The notes: generated from the letters alone by a model not told the origin. A stretch of 64,000 nucleotides of DNA from Psammoneis japonica (GCA_008632985.1 QPGO01000035.1:111899-175898); one strand, 5' to 3'. Shown: positions 25,612 to 39,690, numbered from the stretch's first letter. Numbers and translations: made by a program.

Positions 25612-26402
25612 ATGCTTCTCGCAACACCACTTGTCAGTGACACAAACAGGCCCATAGCAAAGCGTCGCAGTTCGCAATGGGACAGTTTCACCTTTACAGA
25701 AATTGAGCTCGAACAACATGTTTCGATTGTTCCTCCCCACACCAAGCACCCGAGACGGAATTCGCTCAAAATCAAGACACAAACCGAGTCGTTGGCGCAT
25801 TCTCTGGTTTCAAGTAAACAAAAGTTCAGGACGACTCTTCTGGCTGTGTCTGCCTTTTTGGATTTGCTTAGAAAAGTTCGTGAACAACAAGGAACTCTGC
25901 AAAAAGAACAAGAAGCACCTGCCACGGAAATTTCAAATTTGGCAGCCGGTTTTTCCAATTTGAATGCCGCACCCGAAAAACATCTCCGGTTTGGTAGTGT
26001 TCAAATTCGCCAGTACGAGACCATCTTGGAGGTCAATCCAGGTTCCTCAAAAGGCCCCGCTGTGGGTATCGGTTGGAGGTACCATCAGAGCGATATAATT
26101 TCGGTGGACGAGTACGAAGACACGAGACCGCCCCGAAGAAAAATTGGAAAGGACTACAGACCCCTCACTGGGAAAAAGAGGTTGGCCATTTTAAAGAACA
26201 GGGCTATTCGGAAGCGGAACTAGAGCAAGCCATCAAGGCCACCGACGAGGCACGAGAGAAACGGCGCAAGACTATTGCGTCATTGAGGAAGCACCGCGGA
26301 GAGGACAAGTGTGAAGAAAAGCGGGAAATGGCGGCACTCAAGCTCACGCGTTTTGCTCATTTGCGGCGCAGTAGCAATGAGGAAATTCACATTGTGGATT
26401 GA
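25612..26402 (+). CDS. Diatom-type hypothetical protein (LRFGSVQIRQY..NP..S.GP.VGIGW family); frameshift near 26190
   Basis: ORFs 25612-26223 and 26073-26402; the motif resembles a recurrent diatom family (from recall). Confidence 0.7.
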
Positions 26403-26679
26403 TGCAACAGTCCTGGCAAACCAAAGCGAAAAGGATTGATGCAGTCTCTGTCGTTTACCAACCGACACGACAAGAAATGAGAAGAATCAATGTGATTTGT
26501 ATATGAATGCATGTAAAAGTTCGAATTTGATAACCTACGACTTGTTGCTTTCAAATCTAAGCCGGAGCTCCGGTTTAAATATATTGAACGAAATTTGGCA
26601 AAAATGGGAAAATAAAAGGTGCAGTAGAAATCCTCGATCAACGAATCCACTTGAGTACATCAACATTATGCTGTTTTTC

Positions 26680-27078
26680 TCATGCTGCTGCACTCGGGGC
26701 ATTGGCCTGTTTGTTCGCCACGTCTTGGTCAAATTCCACCTTCGCTTTCATCTCGTCAATCCTTGTTGCAAATTTCTCCGGTCCGCAAAAATTCGTTCCT
26801 GCTGATCCACTGTGCTCCGTTGCACCGATTGAATGTAATCTTCACAAGTCATCATGGCTAATGTCTCCGGTCTTTTCATCAAACACAATCTCGTACTTGT
26901 ACCGCGTCTTGTACATGGGAAATACCGTCGCTTCCAGTCGCGATGCCTGTTCCTTGGGTTCGAGCACCGCTCGATGCGGACTGGTCCATTTTACATTGTA
27001 GTCGGGAAACTTTTCAGCAACAAGACGTTCACGATAAGACTGGTTGTGAATCAGAGCGTTCTTTGATTGCGGTGCCAT
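26680..27078 (-). CDS. Small hypothetical protein, probably disrupted by assembly indels
   Basis: MAPQSKNALIHNQSYRERL...GDISHDD then ...EKFATRIDEMKAKVEFDQDVANKQANAPSAAA*. Confidence 0.5.
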
Positions 27079-27918
27079 GGTTCTTCTCAATATTCCTCTG
27101 CTTCCAGCTTCTGCTTCGCCAGCTCGTGATCGAAGCCAAGACGGTAGGCCCAGCACAAGGAGAGGATACCTTGTGGGCGGCCGAGCTCTTGGAGGAGTCA
27201 CCGCGCGATAGTAGCGCGGAGTAGAAGGCAGGCAGACAGACAGACAGACGGACGACGACGAGAGGCCGCCCCCAGTTCCCCTCATTGTGTTTGGTGGACT
27301 GCCGGTGACGATGGGATCAGTTGCGTCGACCCGATATGGGCTGACAACGCTGAAAAATTCCCACCCAGCCCAGCCCTCTGTTCACACAGTGTTGGGGAAC
27401 AAAATGGACGGAACTAGATCCGCAGATTTGTTCCCTGTTTTCTAGCTACTATCTCAGCAGCACCACACGAATATATTTGCTCGTATATGTTTCTATACAT
27501 TAGATATATTCGTGTATTGATTGTTGCGTCCATTCGGTAGCTTGCACTGTGTCATGTCATCGGGGTTGTAGCGAAGCCGAGGCGGTGGCAGGGAATCTAC
27601 GATTCAAAAAGCGAGAAAAAGTGAGAGAAGCGAATGAAGCGCGCATGCTATGGTATGCATAGCATGATTATTATTCCGGAAGAATACGGTACGTAGATCG
27701 TACGAAGCGTTTGTACGACAAACACGCGTCATCATGACATAAGAATTACAGTGAGTCAGTCTTGCATCGCCTCCATCCACACGACCACGAAGCATCCTCT
27801 TTGTTCCTGCCATTCTCATTCATTTCTCGTCACTCTCAGAGACGACAACGGCTTCAGTGGGCTGGCTAAGCACACATATTTTATTCAAAACAACAGTCGC
27901 AGAACTTCACAAGCAAAA

Positions 27919-30032
27919 ATGAAAACCGAAAAATTCCAAGTCATGGAAGAGGACGAGGAAACACCACCACCCTCTGACGAAGATGACGAAAATGAGCTGA
28001 AGTCCGCACCCACACCCTCCATGAAGAAATTGTTGAGTCTTGCTTTACCCGAGTCTCGCATGCTCTTTGTTGCCTTTATCCTCATGATTGCAGCAGAGGC
28101 TACAAGTCTGTATAATCCAATCCTCTTGGCGGATGCGTATGACGCCCTGGTTAACCCTGAACTGGACCCCGACGAACGCATGGATGAAATCAACAGAACC
28201 ATGGCATTGGTGTTGGTTGTGCATTTTTCGGGGATTTTGGCTGGCTTTTTGCGAGGGTCCATCATGAGTGCTGCCGGAGAACGGATTGTGGCACGTCTTC
28301 GTAACAATCTCTTTGCTTCGATTCTTCGTCAGGAAATTGCGTTCTTTGATGATCACAAGACTGGAGAATTGGTTAGTCGGTTAAGTTCCGACACAACGCT
28401 TATTCAACAAGCCACATCATTAGCAGTCCCTGAAGTCATATTGGGGATCGTAAAGCTCTTTGTATCGATTGGGCTCATGTTTTGGATTTCTCCGTCCTTG
28501 GCTGGGATTACGATTGGTACTGTATGTGCTATTTTCGTGATTTGTGTACCATTTGGAAAGATTATCGGAGGGCTGTCGAAATCCTATCAGGATGTACTAG
28601 GTCAGGCTCAGACAAGGTCGACAGAGGCATTGGGCGCTATGCGAACAGTCCAATCGTTTGCGGCTGAAGATAGGGAAAAGGAGCGATACCGCGAAAAAGT
28701 AGGTGATCCAGATTCGTTTCCGTACTGGTATCCAAATGGCCTCAGGCAGCACAAGACAACCTACAGCGTTGGATTCTTCAAGTCGATCGCGAACACTGGT
28801 TTCTTTACATTTATCTTTGGGTTTGGATTCGGGGCAATGTACGTTAGCTTGTGGTACGGCTTCAAGATTGTCAACGATGGAGACATAACTCTCGGCGCCT
28901 TGACTGCGTTCCAGTCCTATATTTTCCAGATTGGAATGGGTCTAGGACAAACTAGTCGATACGTGGCTCAAGTTATCGAAGCGCAAGGCGCAAGTGGTCG
29001 GATCTTTCAATTGATGGAACGAATTCCAGCCATTCCATCGCCTTGGCCCAAGGATAAGGACGACGACAGCGCAACCAGTACGAAGAAGAGTGCGATTGCC
29101 CCGCTAAAACCCTCTTCTATGAACGGCGCTGTGCAGTTTAACGAAGTGTCGTTTTCGTACCCATCCCGCGATGATGTACCCGTGCTTGTCAATTTTTCTC
29201 TCAAAATTCCTTCCAACACAACCGCTGCCCTAGTTGGTTCCTCGGGTGCAGGCAAGTCTACGGTCGTTGCGCTGCTTCAGCGATTCTATGACGTTGAGAG
29301 CGGGTCCATCATGATTGATGGCCACGACATTCGATCGTTGGATCTGAAATGGTTAAGAAGCAACATTGGATATGTCCAGCAGGAGCCACAACTATTTGGA
29401 ATGACTGTACGAGAGAATGTATGTTATGGCATCGATAGGGAAGTTCAAGATGCAGAGATTGAAGCTGCATGCAAGGTAGGTGCATTCTGGCTCGAAATGT
29501 TGCTCTGTCCAATTTTCCTTTTGTTTCCAACTGAATTGTTTGCCGTTTTGTATACCATGCAGGAAGCAAACGCACACGACTTTATCATGGACTGGCCAGA
29601 GCAATACAATACTATGGTCGGTGAGCGTGGCGTGAAACTGAGTGGTGGCCAAAAGCAACGTATTGCAATAGCTCGTGCTTTGCTGGTGAATCCTCGGATT
29701 CTTTTGCTAGATGAAGCGACTTCAGGTAAGCTGACTGTTTACAACGTGTCCCGTCAAGTTGATGGATTTATTTCTCACGTTATATGACCTACGCTTTAGC
29801 TTTGGATGCGGAGTCGGAGCATTTGGTTCAAGAAGCAATTGACAAGGCTGTGGTTGGTCGGACCGTTCTGATTGTCGCCCACAGATTGTCAACCATCAAA
29901 CGAGCAGACCAGATTGTTGTTTTGGACGCACACCGGATAGAAGATGTGGGAACACATGATGTACTAATGCGACGTTGTAGCAAGTACCAAGACTTAATCA
30001 AGAGGCAGAGTGTTGTGCGCGCCGTCGACTAG
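27919..30032 (+). CDS. ABCB half-transporter (ABCB10/TAP-like); introns ~29476-29562 and ~29726-29799
   Basis: TMD ([21 protein letters not shown]), Walker [10 protein letters not shown], signature LSGGQKQR, Walker [19 protein letters not shown]. Confidence 0.95.
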
Positions 30033-30129
30033 AGTAGTCAGTCTTCCAATAATCGAAAATTGTTTCCATTAAATCCGTCCATCATGCTTTCTCATGCAGA
30101 TTCCAGCACTGCCAGCCTCATGGTTACTC

Positions 30130-32900
30130 AATGCAACACATTCACCACGCAAGAGAGCTGAACCCGTTGCTTCGACAGCAACAACAACCCTTGACACACA
30201 TCATTTTGTGCAGCCAATAACAATTGCCAGGGGCAGGTTGGAGATGATGCCATGAAACATGCAACACAGTTGTCAACAGACATTGAGTTCAGTGCATTTG
30301 TGCATGTGAAATTGGTGGGGGGGGGGGGGGGGGGCATGTCTGTCACGTGCCTGATGCCTGGTGTGCCTTTCTTTCCCCTCCTTTGTGAGTTTGGTGACAA
30401 CAATTTCAACAACACTTTTCAAGGCTGCTCCCCAGGTTGGTTGGATGAGTCCAATCTTAATTGAGAATGCACCTGGCAGACTTTGTTTGGCTGCATTGCT
30501 GCATTTTTTGATGGTGTGGCATCATTGGCCTGATGGATGATTGGTGGCCTGCATGTTTGCTGCACATTTTCAAACTGCATCAAAGATCATTTCTTTTGGG
30601 GGGGGGGGCAACGTTGACAATTTCTGATGTGCTTGATTCTGCTGAGAGTGCACCTGTCAAGACAGTGCTCTGGCAACAAAATGATCTGGCCATGATGGTG
30701 AAGAATCCTTTCAGGCTTGGTTCAGGCCTGCATGGGAGCCACTCTTATCTGATGTCAATGTCAACAAGATTTGTCAAGCACTGCACTTTTCATCTGACAA
30801 CAAGTGCTGGCTCATTGCAGCCAAAGCCCCACAAGCACAATGAGGACAAAGCCAGCATTGGTGGCAAACATGCTCTTGGATGGGCACAAATGACAAAAGA
30901 CAAAACAAGGACAGCCCAAAATCACTCCCATTGTTTTTTGCTGGCAACCAGCAATGTGTGCCCAGCTGCAGCAACCCAAAGTTCATCTCCAATGCCAAAA
31001 GTGCCACCCTGTCTTAGCCCTGTGTTTGTAAAAAGTCAGGGAACATTCTCCGCTTGAGCGACATGATTTCCAGAGCTGTGCATCTTGTCCAGCTCCAGCC
31101 CAATCATTCTCCACCACTTGCCACCACACCGACACATGGGACATGCCAAGCTCACTCTCACAAGTGTTCTGTGTGTGCATGGCTGGATGTTAAAATGGTC
31201 TTGCTGTAGTGTGCTGTTGGGGGAGCACAAGAACCTTGCCAAGGCCATGGCAGAGATGCCTTTGGCTCCACACATGAAGAAAAAAATTCTGCACAGGCCC
31301 AGCTGCAGTTTTGTTCACTTGGCCACACATGCAAGGCTTGTTGATTTGCTCTTTTCATGCAAAGTGTCCAACTTGTGACTTCAGGCACACTTCAGACCAC
31401 AGGGCTGTCTGTCACAACAAGCCAACAAAATGGAGATCAGCAGTGCAGTGATTGGAACCTTGCTTGCTTTTGCTGCCTTGCTGTTGACTCTCCTGCAAAA
31501 ATTGGAATGTTGCAGAAAAACTGCCAACAGTGGAATGGGGGCACCAAAAAATGATGGCCCAAGGGGGGATCTCAGCCAAAGGTCAAGTCAATCATGCTCA
31601 CAAAAATGGCCAAGCCAGCTGTGCTTGTGAAAAAGAAGCCACACTGCACACCTTGTGACACATGGTGGCAAGTTTTGACAATCAACACCAGCCATTGACA
31701 AGCAATGCACACATTTTGTCAACCCTCCCTCCCCTGACTTCACTGTGGAAAATCTCCATTCTTCCAACTTGAATGTTGTTGCAAGTGCCATGCAGTCATT
31801 GGGCAATGTGATGACAGGTGGCTGGACCATTTCATTTGACACTGCATGCGTGCTGCAGTTGCAATGTTGCCAGCCCACACCAGACCTCCCATGTGGGAGT
31901 GCAGCACCCACAATGCAAGACAGAGGTGGCCCTCTTCCCAATGGTTTGTGTTTTCACATCCACTTGAGCAAAGCCAGAGAATGAACACTGGCCCATGACA
32001 AACCACTTTTGTCACTTGGAGTCACATCAGTTGCCAGTGCAGTGCACACAAGCACAATGTGCACTGGAGTCAATTGTCACATTTTTGAAACCATTGCATT
32101 TTCCAGCAGTTGCCAATCTCACAAAGTGAAACTTTTGATGACAACAGTGTGAAACATTTGGTGAGGACACTTTGGCAACATTGCGTCTGACATTCTTTTC
32201 TTCTTTTTCAATTGTCGCACAAAACCAGAACAAAGCTGCATGCCTTTGAGTGTGGCTTCTGCCACTTTTTGGCTCCTGGGTGAGAAGAGGTCATGCACAG
32301 CATGGCTTTGGCCACTTTGCCAACCACCCCACTGCATGACACCATGAAGGGAGCAAAGTGACATCTTTGCTCAAGGCAGAGCTTGAGGTGCTTGTGTTTT
32401 TTCTTGTGTTTGCAGGTTGCTGGGACTTTTTCTGGTGTCTTGGATGGGCGTGACTTCACGCCTGTGTCTGGATGTGGACATCTGTGATGGTGTCTGTCCT
32501 TCCATCCCAGAATCCGTGGGAGAGAAGACATCCACAGTTTCCATCCTCACACACGTTGGGAGAGCCAGTGCTGCCTGGCTGACCACTGGAGGTGCTTGAG
32601 CTTCCTGAGAGGTGACCAGCGGGGTTGACCATGGATTCGCATGTGTGGGAAGGCTTGCAAGCCTCCCCAGCCAGGTCACATGGGTCATCACATGGTTGAT
32701 GGGGAGTTTGCACCCACACACATCACAGCACTCGGGTGGGTCTGGTGTGGAGTGCCGCGCCGCTCCTCCAAAGGCAGAGCACGTTGTGGAACTCTGGGCA
32801 CGAGAGTTCCGTGCCATTCAGCATGAATGGGCACACTGACAGCCACGCTCCGGTCTTGGTGCTACGTTGGACAGCTCTGGCCTTGATGTCGGGTGGAGTC
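30130..32900. other. TpA- and CpG-depleted degenerate repeat block 2
   Basis: Near-absence of TA and CG dinucleotides; contains a LINE fragment. Confidence 0.85.
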
Positions 32901-32990
32901 CCAAGGATCGACTTGAGGGTCTCCTCATGCGCTTTCACTTTCCGATCGGCTACTTCTCGTTTCACTTCGACAGTGTCCTGCCTTTTGGGT
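32225..32990 (-). mobile_element. 5'-truncated non-LTR retrotransposon fragment of RLE/CRE-like type (zinc knuckle plus restriction-like endonuclease region), degenerate
   Basis: GAWLSVCPFMLNGTELS..EF, CDVCGC..H, GFWDGRTDTITDV, KKHKHLKLCLEQRCHFAPFMVSCSG and KWQKPHS pieces match the recalled C-terminus of this family. Confidence 0.8.
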
Positions 32991-33449
32991 GCATAAGAGT
33001 CAGGGCTAGAAATTAAATAAAGAAGTAATTAGGTCATAAATATGTCCCAGTTCTAGTATGTACAGTAGAGTAATAATGCATGATGATAATATGTAATCCG
33101 ATGACTTATACTTTCGCATTCAAATAAAGCATCGTCGGTTGAGAACCCTGACCCTCACATAACACTTAACAATTCGTTGTCAAGTGGTTGTTCCTTTCGA
33201 AACTCGACCTTTAAATGAACTAAATAATCAGCATCAAAGTATGGTACGACTTTCTGAAGACATTCTGGCAACAATGTTTTTTTGTCCACATAATATTCTT
33301 CTCATCATCATTCTCTTTTCGTGTCTTTCATTATTTGGCGGGTTATTTCGATTGCCGTACGACTAGAGCGGTTGATCACTTCACAAAAAATCAAAACGCT
33401 GTGCTCGATTTTTGCCTTTTTGCCGCAGTACGTAATTAGACACCAAACG

Positions 33450-34861
33450 ATGAGGCTCTGCTACTCACTTCTTCTAACGTTTCTCCTCGGTCTTGGGACA
33501 TCTGGACACCTCCACCACCATGACCACAAGCAGGACCGGTCCTTTCATGCTCTAGGCAAGGACTGGAAAAACAAGGAAGAGTTCGTTACGTCGGGAGCTC
33601 CGTGCGGTTTCAGATCTCCGAGTGAAAAGGAAAGGGGTGAGTTTTACCAAAGCTAAGTGCTCACCGCAAGAATAAGCAAGCCCTCATAGACAACGGCAGT
33701 CTTCCTCCCGAGAAATGGAACAAAAGTAGCAAGGTAGAGCTCACCGCGGATGACCTATATATTATCAAGGTATACTTTCATAACATCCACCAGGTTGACG
33801 GCGCTGGTTACATCAGCGACACTGTAATCCAGAAACAGATTGATGTCCTCAACGAGGGCTTCTCGGGACTGGAGGAATCGTATAGTCGCTGCTCCTCCGC
33901 TCCTGGTATCAACGAGGTCGCCAGCGGCTTTGCGACTCCGATACACTTTCAGTTGGAGCAGATTTTTCGTTACAAGAATGACTACTGGTTCAACAACATC
34001 GACAACGACGGGGATTATAAGCCTCAACTACACCAAGGAAGTTGTTCCGATCTGAACATCTACACAGGCGCTTCCTCGTATCTTGGGTTTGCGCGTTTCC
34101 CGTCTAGTGTATGTTCCGCAACGGATTCTAACTACGTTGACCCTTTGGATGGGGTGGTTCTGGAATGGACTTCTCTTCCAGGTCTTGGAGCTGGTGGTGG
34201 AGCTTTTGACGGCGGTGACACTTGTACACACGAAGTAGGTATTTGCTGTCGCGCTTTTTCTGAATAATATTCGATCGTCCCATTTGTTTGTGTGTGTATA
34301 AGACTTACGCTCCGACGTTGATGCATGTCTCAGGTTGGCCACTGGCTTGGCCTATATCACACATTTACTGACGGCTGTAAGAGAGGAGGCGATGGCATTC
34401 TGACACACCATCAGAAAAGTCCCCAGCCTATGGTTGTCCCATGAATCGGGATACTTGTCGAAGAGACGGGCTGGACGACCCGATTCATAACTTCATGGAC
34501 TACACTGATGGTAAGTCACCTTGCAGTTATGTTGAACTGGAGACACGGTTCTCCCTGCCAACTTTCTATCTCACATGGCGTACTGTCAATCTGCTCCCTC
34601 TTGGCGTTAGACTGTTGCATGTTCAAGTTTACTCGAGAACAGTCAACTGTGATGGTAGACGCAATCGAGACCTATCGGCACCTACTGCCAGGCAATGGAG
34701 GTCCGTCTCCGACTCAATCTCCTACTGTTCCTGCACCTGTAACTGCTCCACCTACTGGAGGAGGGGGGCCCACTTGCGGTGGCACAAGAGCTTCGGGTTC
34801 TAAATGTAGTCAGAACTTTCACTGTGTTTCTTGCAGCTGCGTGGGCAGAATATGCGATTAG
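33450..34861 (+). CDS. Secreted M43 (pappalysin/ulilysin-like) zinc metalloprotease; introns ~34215-34333 and ~34511-34610; frameshifts
   Basis: Signal peptide; [45 protein letters not shown]. Confidence 0.9.
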
Positions 34862-35136
34862 AGCTCTAGAGAGGAGAACTCATGAAAGCTGGCGGTCACA
34901 TTCATGGACATATGTATCTCAAGAGTACCATCAGTAGAATTACCAGTAAACTGTTCACGGCTCTCTCTAGAGTGCTTGACTATTATTTGTAGGTGTCTTT
35001 ATCTTTATCAAAGCGTTACTATCCTATTCTTTTTCCACTATCTATCAAGTGAATCTGCCGGGTTCATGTTTTCTCTATTTTTTTCATTTGCTAACAAATT
35101 GAAGTAGGAATAGACCAACGCGAGAATTATGAAGAA

Positions 35137-37538
35137 CTATGTATAGCTTGCTCGTCTTCTCAACATAACCAAGGCACTCAGTCGGAGCACCGCAAACAAA
35201 CCCCACAATGCTAGCCAAAACCACCACGCGTCGTCAGAACTGACATTGTTGCGCTCCAAAATATTGTTGCAATTGATTTGTTCAAGCCCTGGCTCGCAAT
35301 CAGAAAACTCGTAAATCAGTGACAGCCCGGATGCATACCGCAAAGAACATAGATATTGTGCCCAGCTATCCTTCAAACAACATAGAGACACCATGAGAAT
35401 GGGGTGATCCGAGGACACCGTCGTTTCACATGACTTTTTACACTCACCGCACGACACTGGGGATTAAATCGATCGGAATAAACACGCCAGAAAAGTAAAA
35501 CTGAGGCACCACCATGACCGAAAAGAATTGCGGTGCTGCAGCAGGATCTGACAACAGACTTCCGACAAGAACTGCTACTGCCGTACTTGTCAATGCGAGA
35601 GAAAGATTAATGACGAAGAAGAGGATGAAGCTAAGACTGAACTTGATCATGTAGTAAACAATCAGAGACTGGAAGAGAATACAAAAGAGGGAGACTGAGA
35701 TGAAAGTAAAACAACCACCATCCAAAACAGAGTGGGGACTTTGCATACCTGCAGCATCATTGCTGAGAAGGAGTTAAAGAGCTCGGTCGCAAACTTGGAC
35801 AAAAAATAGGGAAGGACTGAGTAATGGTTTGTTGCATACTCTCGGAGAAACAATGAGCGCTCCCTTGGGAAGGTCATAAGAGAAAGCTGGGACTGCCCCA
35901 TCATTGTAGATATGAGTATGTTAACCAACGCACCAAGCTGAGCTTGGGTGTCCTAAATAATAGAGAAAGACATTGCTTTAGATACAAGTCACAATCAAGC
36001 TTGATGCTTGTGAGAGGGCTCACCGTCGGGTTAGTTCGATCCAGTTCGCCGACATCAAAGAAAAAGATGCCGTATAACAACGCCAAGAAGCCGGTAATAA
36101 CCATGTTCAAAATGAAGGGAAATGGATTTCGCAACAGACTCCTCATCTCCCGCAAGAATAGGTGGTACAGCTCGGTATGGCAAGCAACGCGTTCGCCTTT
36201 ATCTTCCTCTTCCTTGCATTTCGTCACTATTACTTCTGGCTGGCGATTGTCGATAGGATAGAATCCATTTTGTTCGAGGACATCTTCGGGCGTTCCTTGT
36301 GCCACACGCTTTCCAGCCCAATTTTAAGAGTTAGCAATTCTTCATTAGTGGAAGGGACTTGCATTCAAGTTCAGCGAATTAAATTTGTAAACCGGACTCA
36401 CCAGAATCCAATCCGCAGGGTTGAATCGAGGTGGTATCGGGTATCCAAAAGAGTCGAAGCCTTGTTCGACGTCATCGATTGTTCCTAAACACATGAGCCG
36501 ACCCTTGTTCAGGAGTATCAACTTATCGAATGAGTTATACATGTCGGGGGAAGGTTGATGGATTGTGAAAAGCACCGTATTTCCTGCCTGTGCTACTTTC
36601 TTCAACACCTTTCCCACTTGTTCGGAGCTGAAGGAGTCAAGGCCACTGGTAGGCTCATCCTAAGCAAAGCGAGGTGAGTAAGATCCGCGAAGAAGCAAGT
36701 TCACACAGCTTGAAATGCGTACCAAGAAAATAATTGAGGGCAATGTTACAAGTTCGACGCCCATGCTCGTGCGCTTCTTTTCGCCGCCGGAGATGCCCTT
36801 CTTAAGGCTTCCTCCTATTAGTGTGTCTGCACAAGATTCCAGCCCAAGCTCTTTGATATAAGTTTCAACGATCTCTTCGATATCCTCCTCGTTACACGAC
36901 TTTGGAAGTCGCAACTTGGCCGAAAAGTGAATAGCCTCTCTTGGCGTGGAGGCAGCGTGGAGTGAATCTTCTTGAGCTACGAAAGCTATCTTTTGGCGAA
37001 TGCTTCTGAGATTAGAAACGTCCAAAGGAAGTCCGCCTAAACTCACTGTTGAATATTCGATGGAGATGCGCTTGTTCGACCTTGCCCTGCCGGAAAGAAC
37101 ATTTAGCAAAGAAGTCTTGCCAGCTCCGCTGGGGCCCAAAATTGCTGTTGTTTCTCCGGGACACGCCTCACCCCAAACATTTTTCAAGATTTCTAAATTC
37201 GTTCCTTTGTTTCTTTTCCTTCTCTATAAAAGTGAAAACAAGCAACAAAGAAGCATCGGCGTCGTAAGAAATTGTCAAGTGTCTGGTTCCGTTTGTCTAC
37301 TTACCACTATCATATTAACATTTGACCACGAGAGCTTCTCGCCTTTATGTTTTTCGAAGGATGTACGGATCGACTCCTCACAGCGCACTTCAGTTTTGAT
37401 GTCACAGGTGTCAGCATCAGTCTGCGACGCTTCCTGCACACCATCGATTTCAATAGTCTTGACATACCGGTAGTCTTCATGTGCCGTGGGGCGTTCATCT
37501 TCGTCCTGGTACTTGTCATCTTTCTTTCGGAAAGACAT
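35137..37538 (-). CDS. ABCG (White-family) half-transporter, multi-exon
   Basis: GPSGAGKTS, ISGGEKKRTS, FL|DEPTSGLD, TIHQP, NPADW and ER..FLRE motifs, then C-terminal TMD. Confidence 0.95.
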
Positions 37539-37809
37539 GGCTCTTTCGGTTGAGCTGGTGTTGAGAATGAATACGATAGGCTTGAATGAGAATCAGAGAG
37601 ATTGAAGATGATTGATGTGAACGCTAGCTAGCTAGCTACCAGTAGAGAGAGAGAGAGATGCAACAGTACAAATCAAAAATCGGGAATCGAATTTTGAATC
37701 ATCGAAGGTGTCACGTACAATTCTACAGGACAATAGCGTCAGTTAACGGCTGGATTTTGAGAACTCACTCCATCCGCTTTTTCTCCGCTCTCCAAACGAA
37801 CAAATCCAT

Positions 37810-38060
37810 CTTTCGACTTATTTGCCAATCCACGATCTTCGTGAACCCATTTTTCACCTTCATCTCGGCTTCTTCGAGGAAGCAACTGATTGCCTGCGGG
37901 TCCTTGGCAGAGGGCTGTGGTCTTTTCTTGATGGCAAACTCTCAGCACGACGCCCAGCGCCCAGCTCATCCTGCACAGAGAGGACTGGGCACCCTTGTTC
38001 TGCGCACTCCCCCTGAAGCAGAGGTGCAGCTGGGTGCTCCAAGGCCACACACGTGGAAAT
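37810..38060 (-). mobile_element. Fragment of a DIRS-like (tyrosine-recombinase) retrotransposon pol, region N-terminal to RT
   Basis: ALEHPAAPLLQGECAEQGCPV and AIKKRPQPSAKDPQA..FLEEAEMKVKNGFTKIVDW resemble recalled diatom YR-retroelement sequence; not database-checked. Confidence 0.6.
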
Positions 38061-38339
38061 GCCAGTTGAGTTTTTGACAGCAAGCTGCCATGTCAGACAT
38101 GCTGCCATGTCAGACAATGAGCTCCTCCAGCTCTGAATGACAGGGGGGCTGCAAGAACGTGCTGCTTCACAGCCCCCGACGTGTTCTTTCACAAACTTTG
38201 CACACATTTCTGCATGACATGGGATCAACCCCACACACTGGTTTGCAGCAAAATTGCCAGGCCATCCATTTTCAACACACCTTTTTGGCTTTTTTGTTGT
38301 TGTGCGCAGTTGCACTTCATTCTCTGAGTGATGCAAGAG

Positions 38340-39690
38340 ATGAGAAAGCGCACGAGCACATGACAACTTTCCAAAAAAACTTGAGTGTGGAGAAATGTGA
38401 TGACGCTGCAAAAGCAGCCATTTGTTTTGATGACAAAGACAGATGTGCTCACCACCCTGTGTGCAATTTGCAGAGCTGGCATGCAGCGTCCTGCATGGGA
38501 CAAGAAATGTCCCAAAAAAATCCACCTGGAGCTGCAGAGAGCACCATGCCATCACTTGCCCTGTCTCCCTGGTTGACTCAGTCACATCTGTGCCCACCTG
38601 CCTCTTCCTCATCCAACTCATCATCAGAAACTGCTGGCATGTGCTTGCACTTTGTGGCTTTGCTTTGTGGGGTTTGACACTGGTGGATGGGCAAGGCCTG
38701 TTGGCAAAGGACTGGAGCATTTTCAGCTCTTGCACACTCTCCATGAAGAGCTCACACAATGCCTGGCATCCTGGGCAAGGATGTTGTGGGGCAGGATTCT
38801 TCTCTGGCATCTGGGGCACTTGGTCCAACTGATGTGCCATCCACAGTCACAAGATTTGTGCATGTCTGGGACATTCTGGGGGTCCTTCATTGTCTTTCAC
38901 AGTTGTCGGGCAGAGCTTGTTTGTTTTCTCCTCCTTCTTCCCTCCTCCTTGTCTGCCAATTGTGCACCATTTGGGTGCTTTGTGGGAAGGTGGCTGGCAT
39001 CAGTGTTGACAGGGAGTTGTTTCTTAGTGTGCACAGAGGAGGGGCACAAAAAGGGGCACAAAGAGGCATGTCTGAACTTGCTCTGGCAGGCATGAACAGT
39101 CGGTTGGAGGCTGTGCAAGAACTCATCCACTGCTGGACCAGCTTCTTTGATGCTCCTGCCACCATTGCTGCTGTCCAAATTGATTGCTGTGGTTTTTGGC
39201 CAAGAAGGTGTCTCTGGGAAATGCTTCTTGTGGCCACCTGTCTTGTGACAGCCAGCATGGTGCGCGCATGTGTGGGGCCAAGTTCAGGCATTCTTTGGTC
39301 AGACACTTTTTCAGAAAGCTTGGCTCCTTTTCCTTTGTGAGCTCCTCATGCAGCAAAAATGCACATTGAGTGGCAGGAGACATGTTGCCCCCATCAACAT
39401 GTTTGACAAGGTTCTGTGTGTGCTCATGGTTGTTTTGATGATTCCCTCTTGTGCTCTTTTGTAGCCACCTTTAAATGCCTGCCATGATGACATGTGCAAT
39501 GTGCCCTCCAGTGCATCTGTCCTTTGGCTTGGTTGGTGCATGACCCCTCCTTGACACCTGTTTAAAGCACAGCAAAAGGCAGACATCATGCAGTTGGCAC
39601 AGCTTGTGTGCAGCACCAGTGGCACCTTCTTGGGAACTGCTGCTGCTTGTGCACATCTGCCAAAAATTCAATGGTTGTTGTGTGCTCCAT
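38340..39690 (+). repeat. Diverged repeat copy 1 (38340-38745 and 39470-39690), homologous to 45895-46595
   Basis: Shared strings e.g. GCAAAAGCAGCCATTTGTTTTGATG, GTGCAATTTGCAGAGCTGG and GGCACCTTCTTGGGAACTGCTGCT. Confidence 0.85.

Noticed and set aside
26842..26844. In-frame TGA (DDL*RLH) suggesting a second selenoprotein
   Set aside because: No SECIS seen downstream and no redox motif; three homopolymer indels give a more natural reading (DDFVKITFNRCNGAQWISRNEFFADPEKF)
30317..30335. Long poly-G run (G-quadruplex candidate)
   Set aside because: Simple homopolymer in decayed repeat DNA; length unreliable in this assembly
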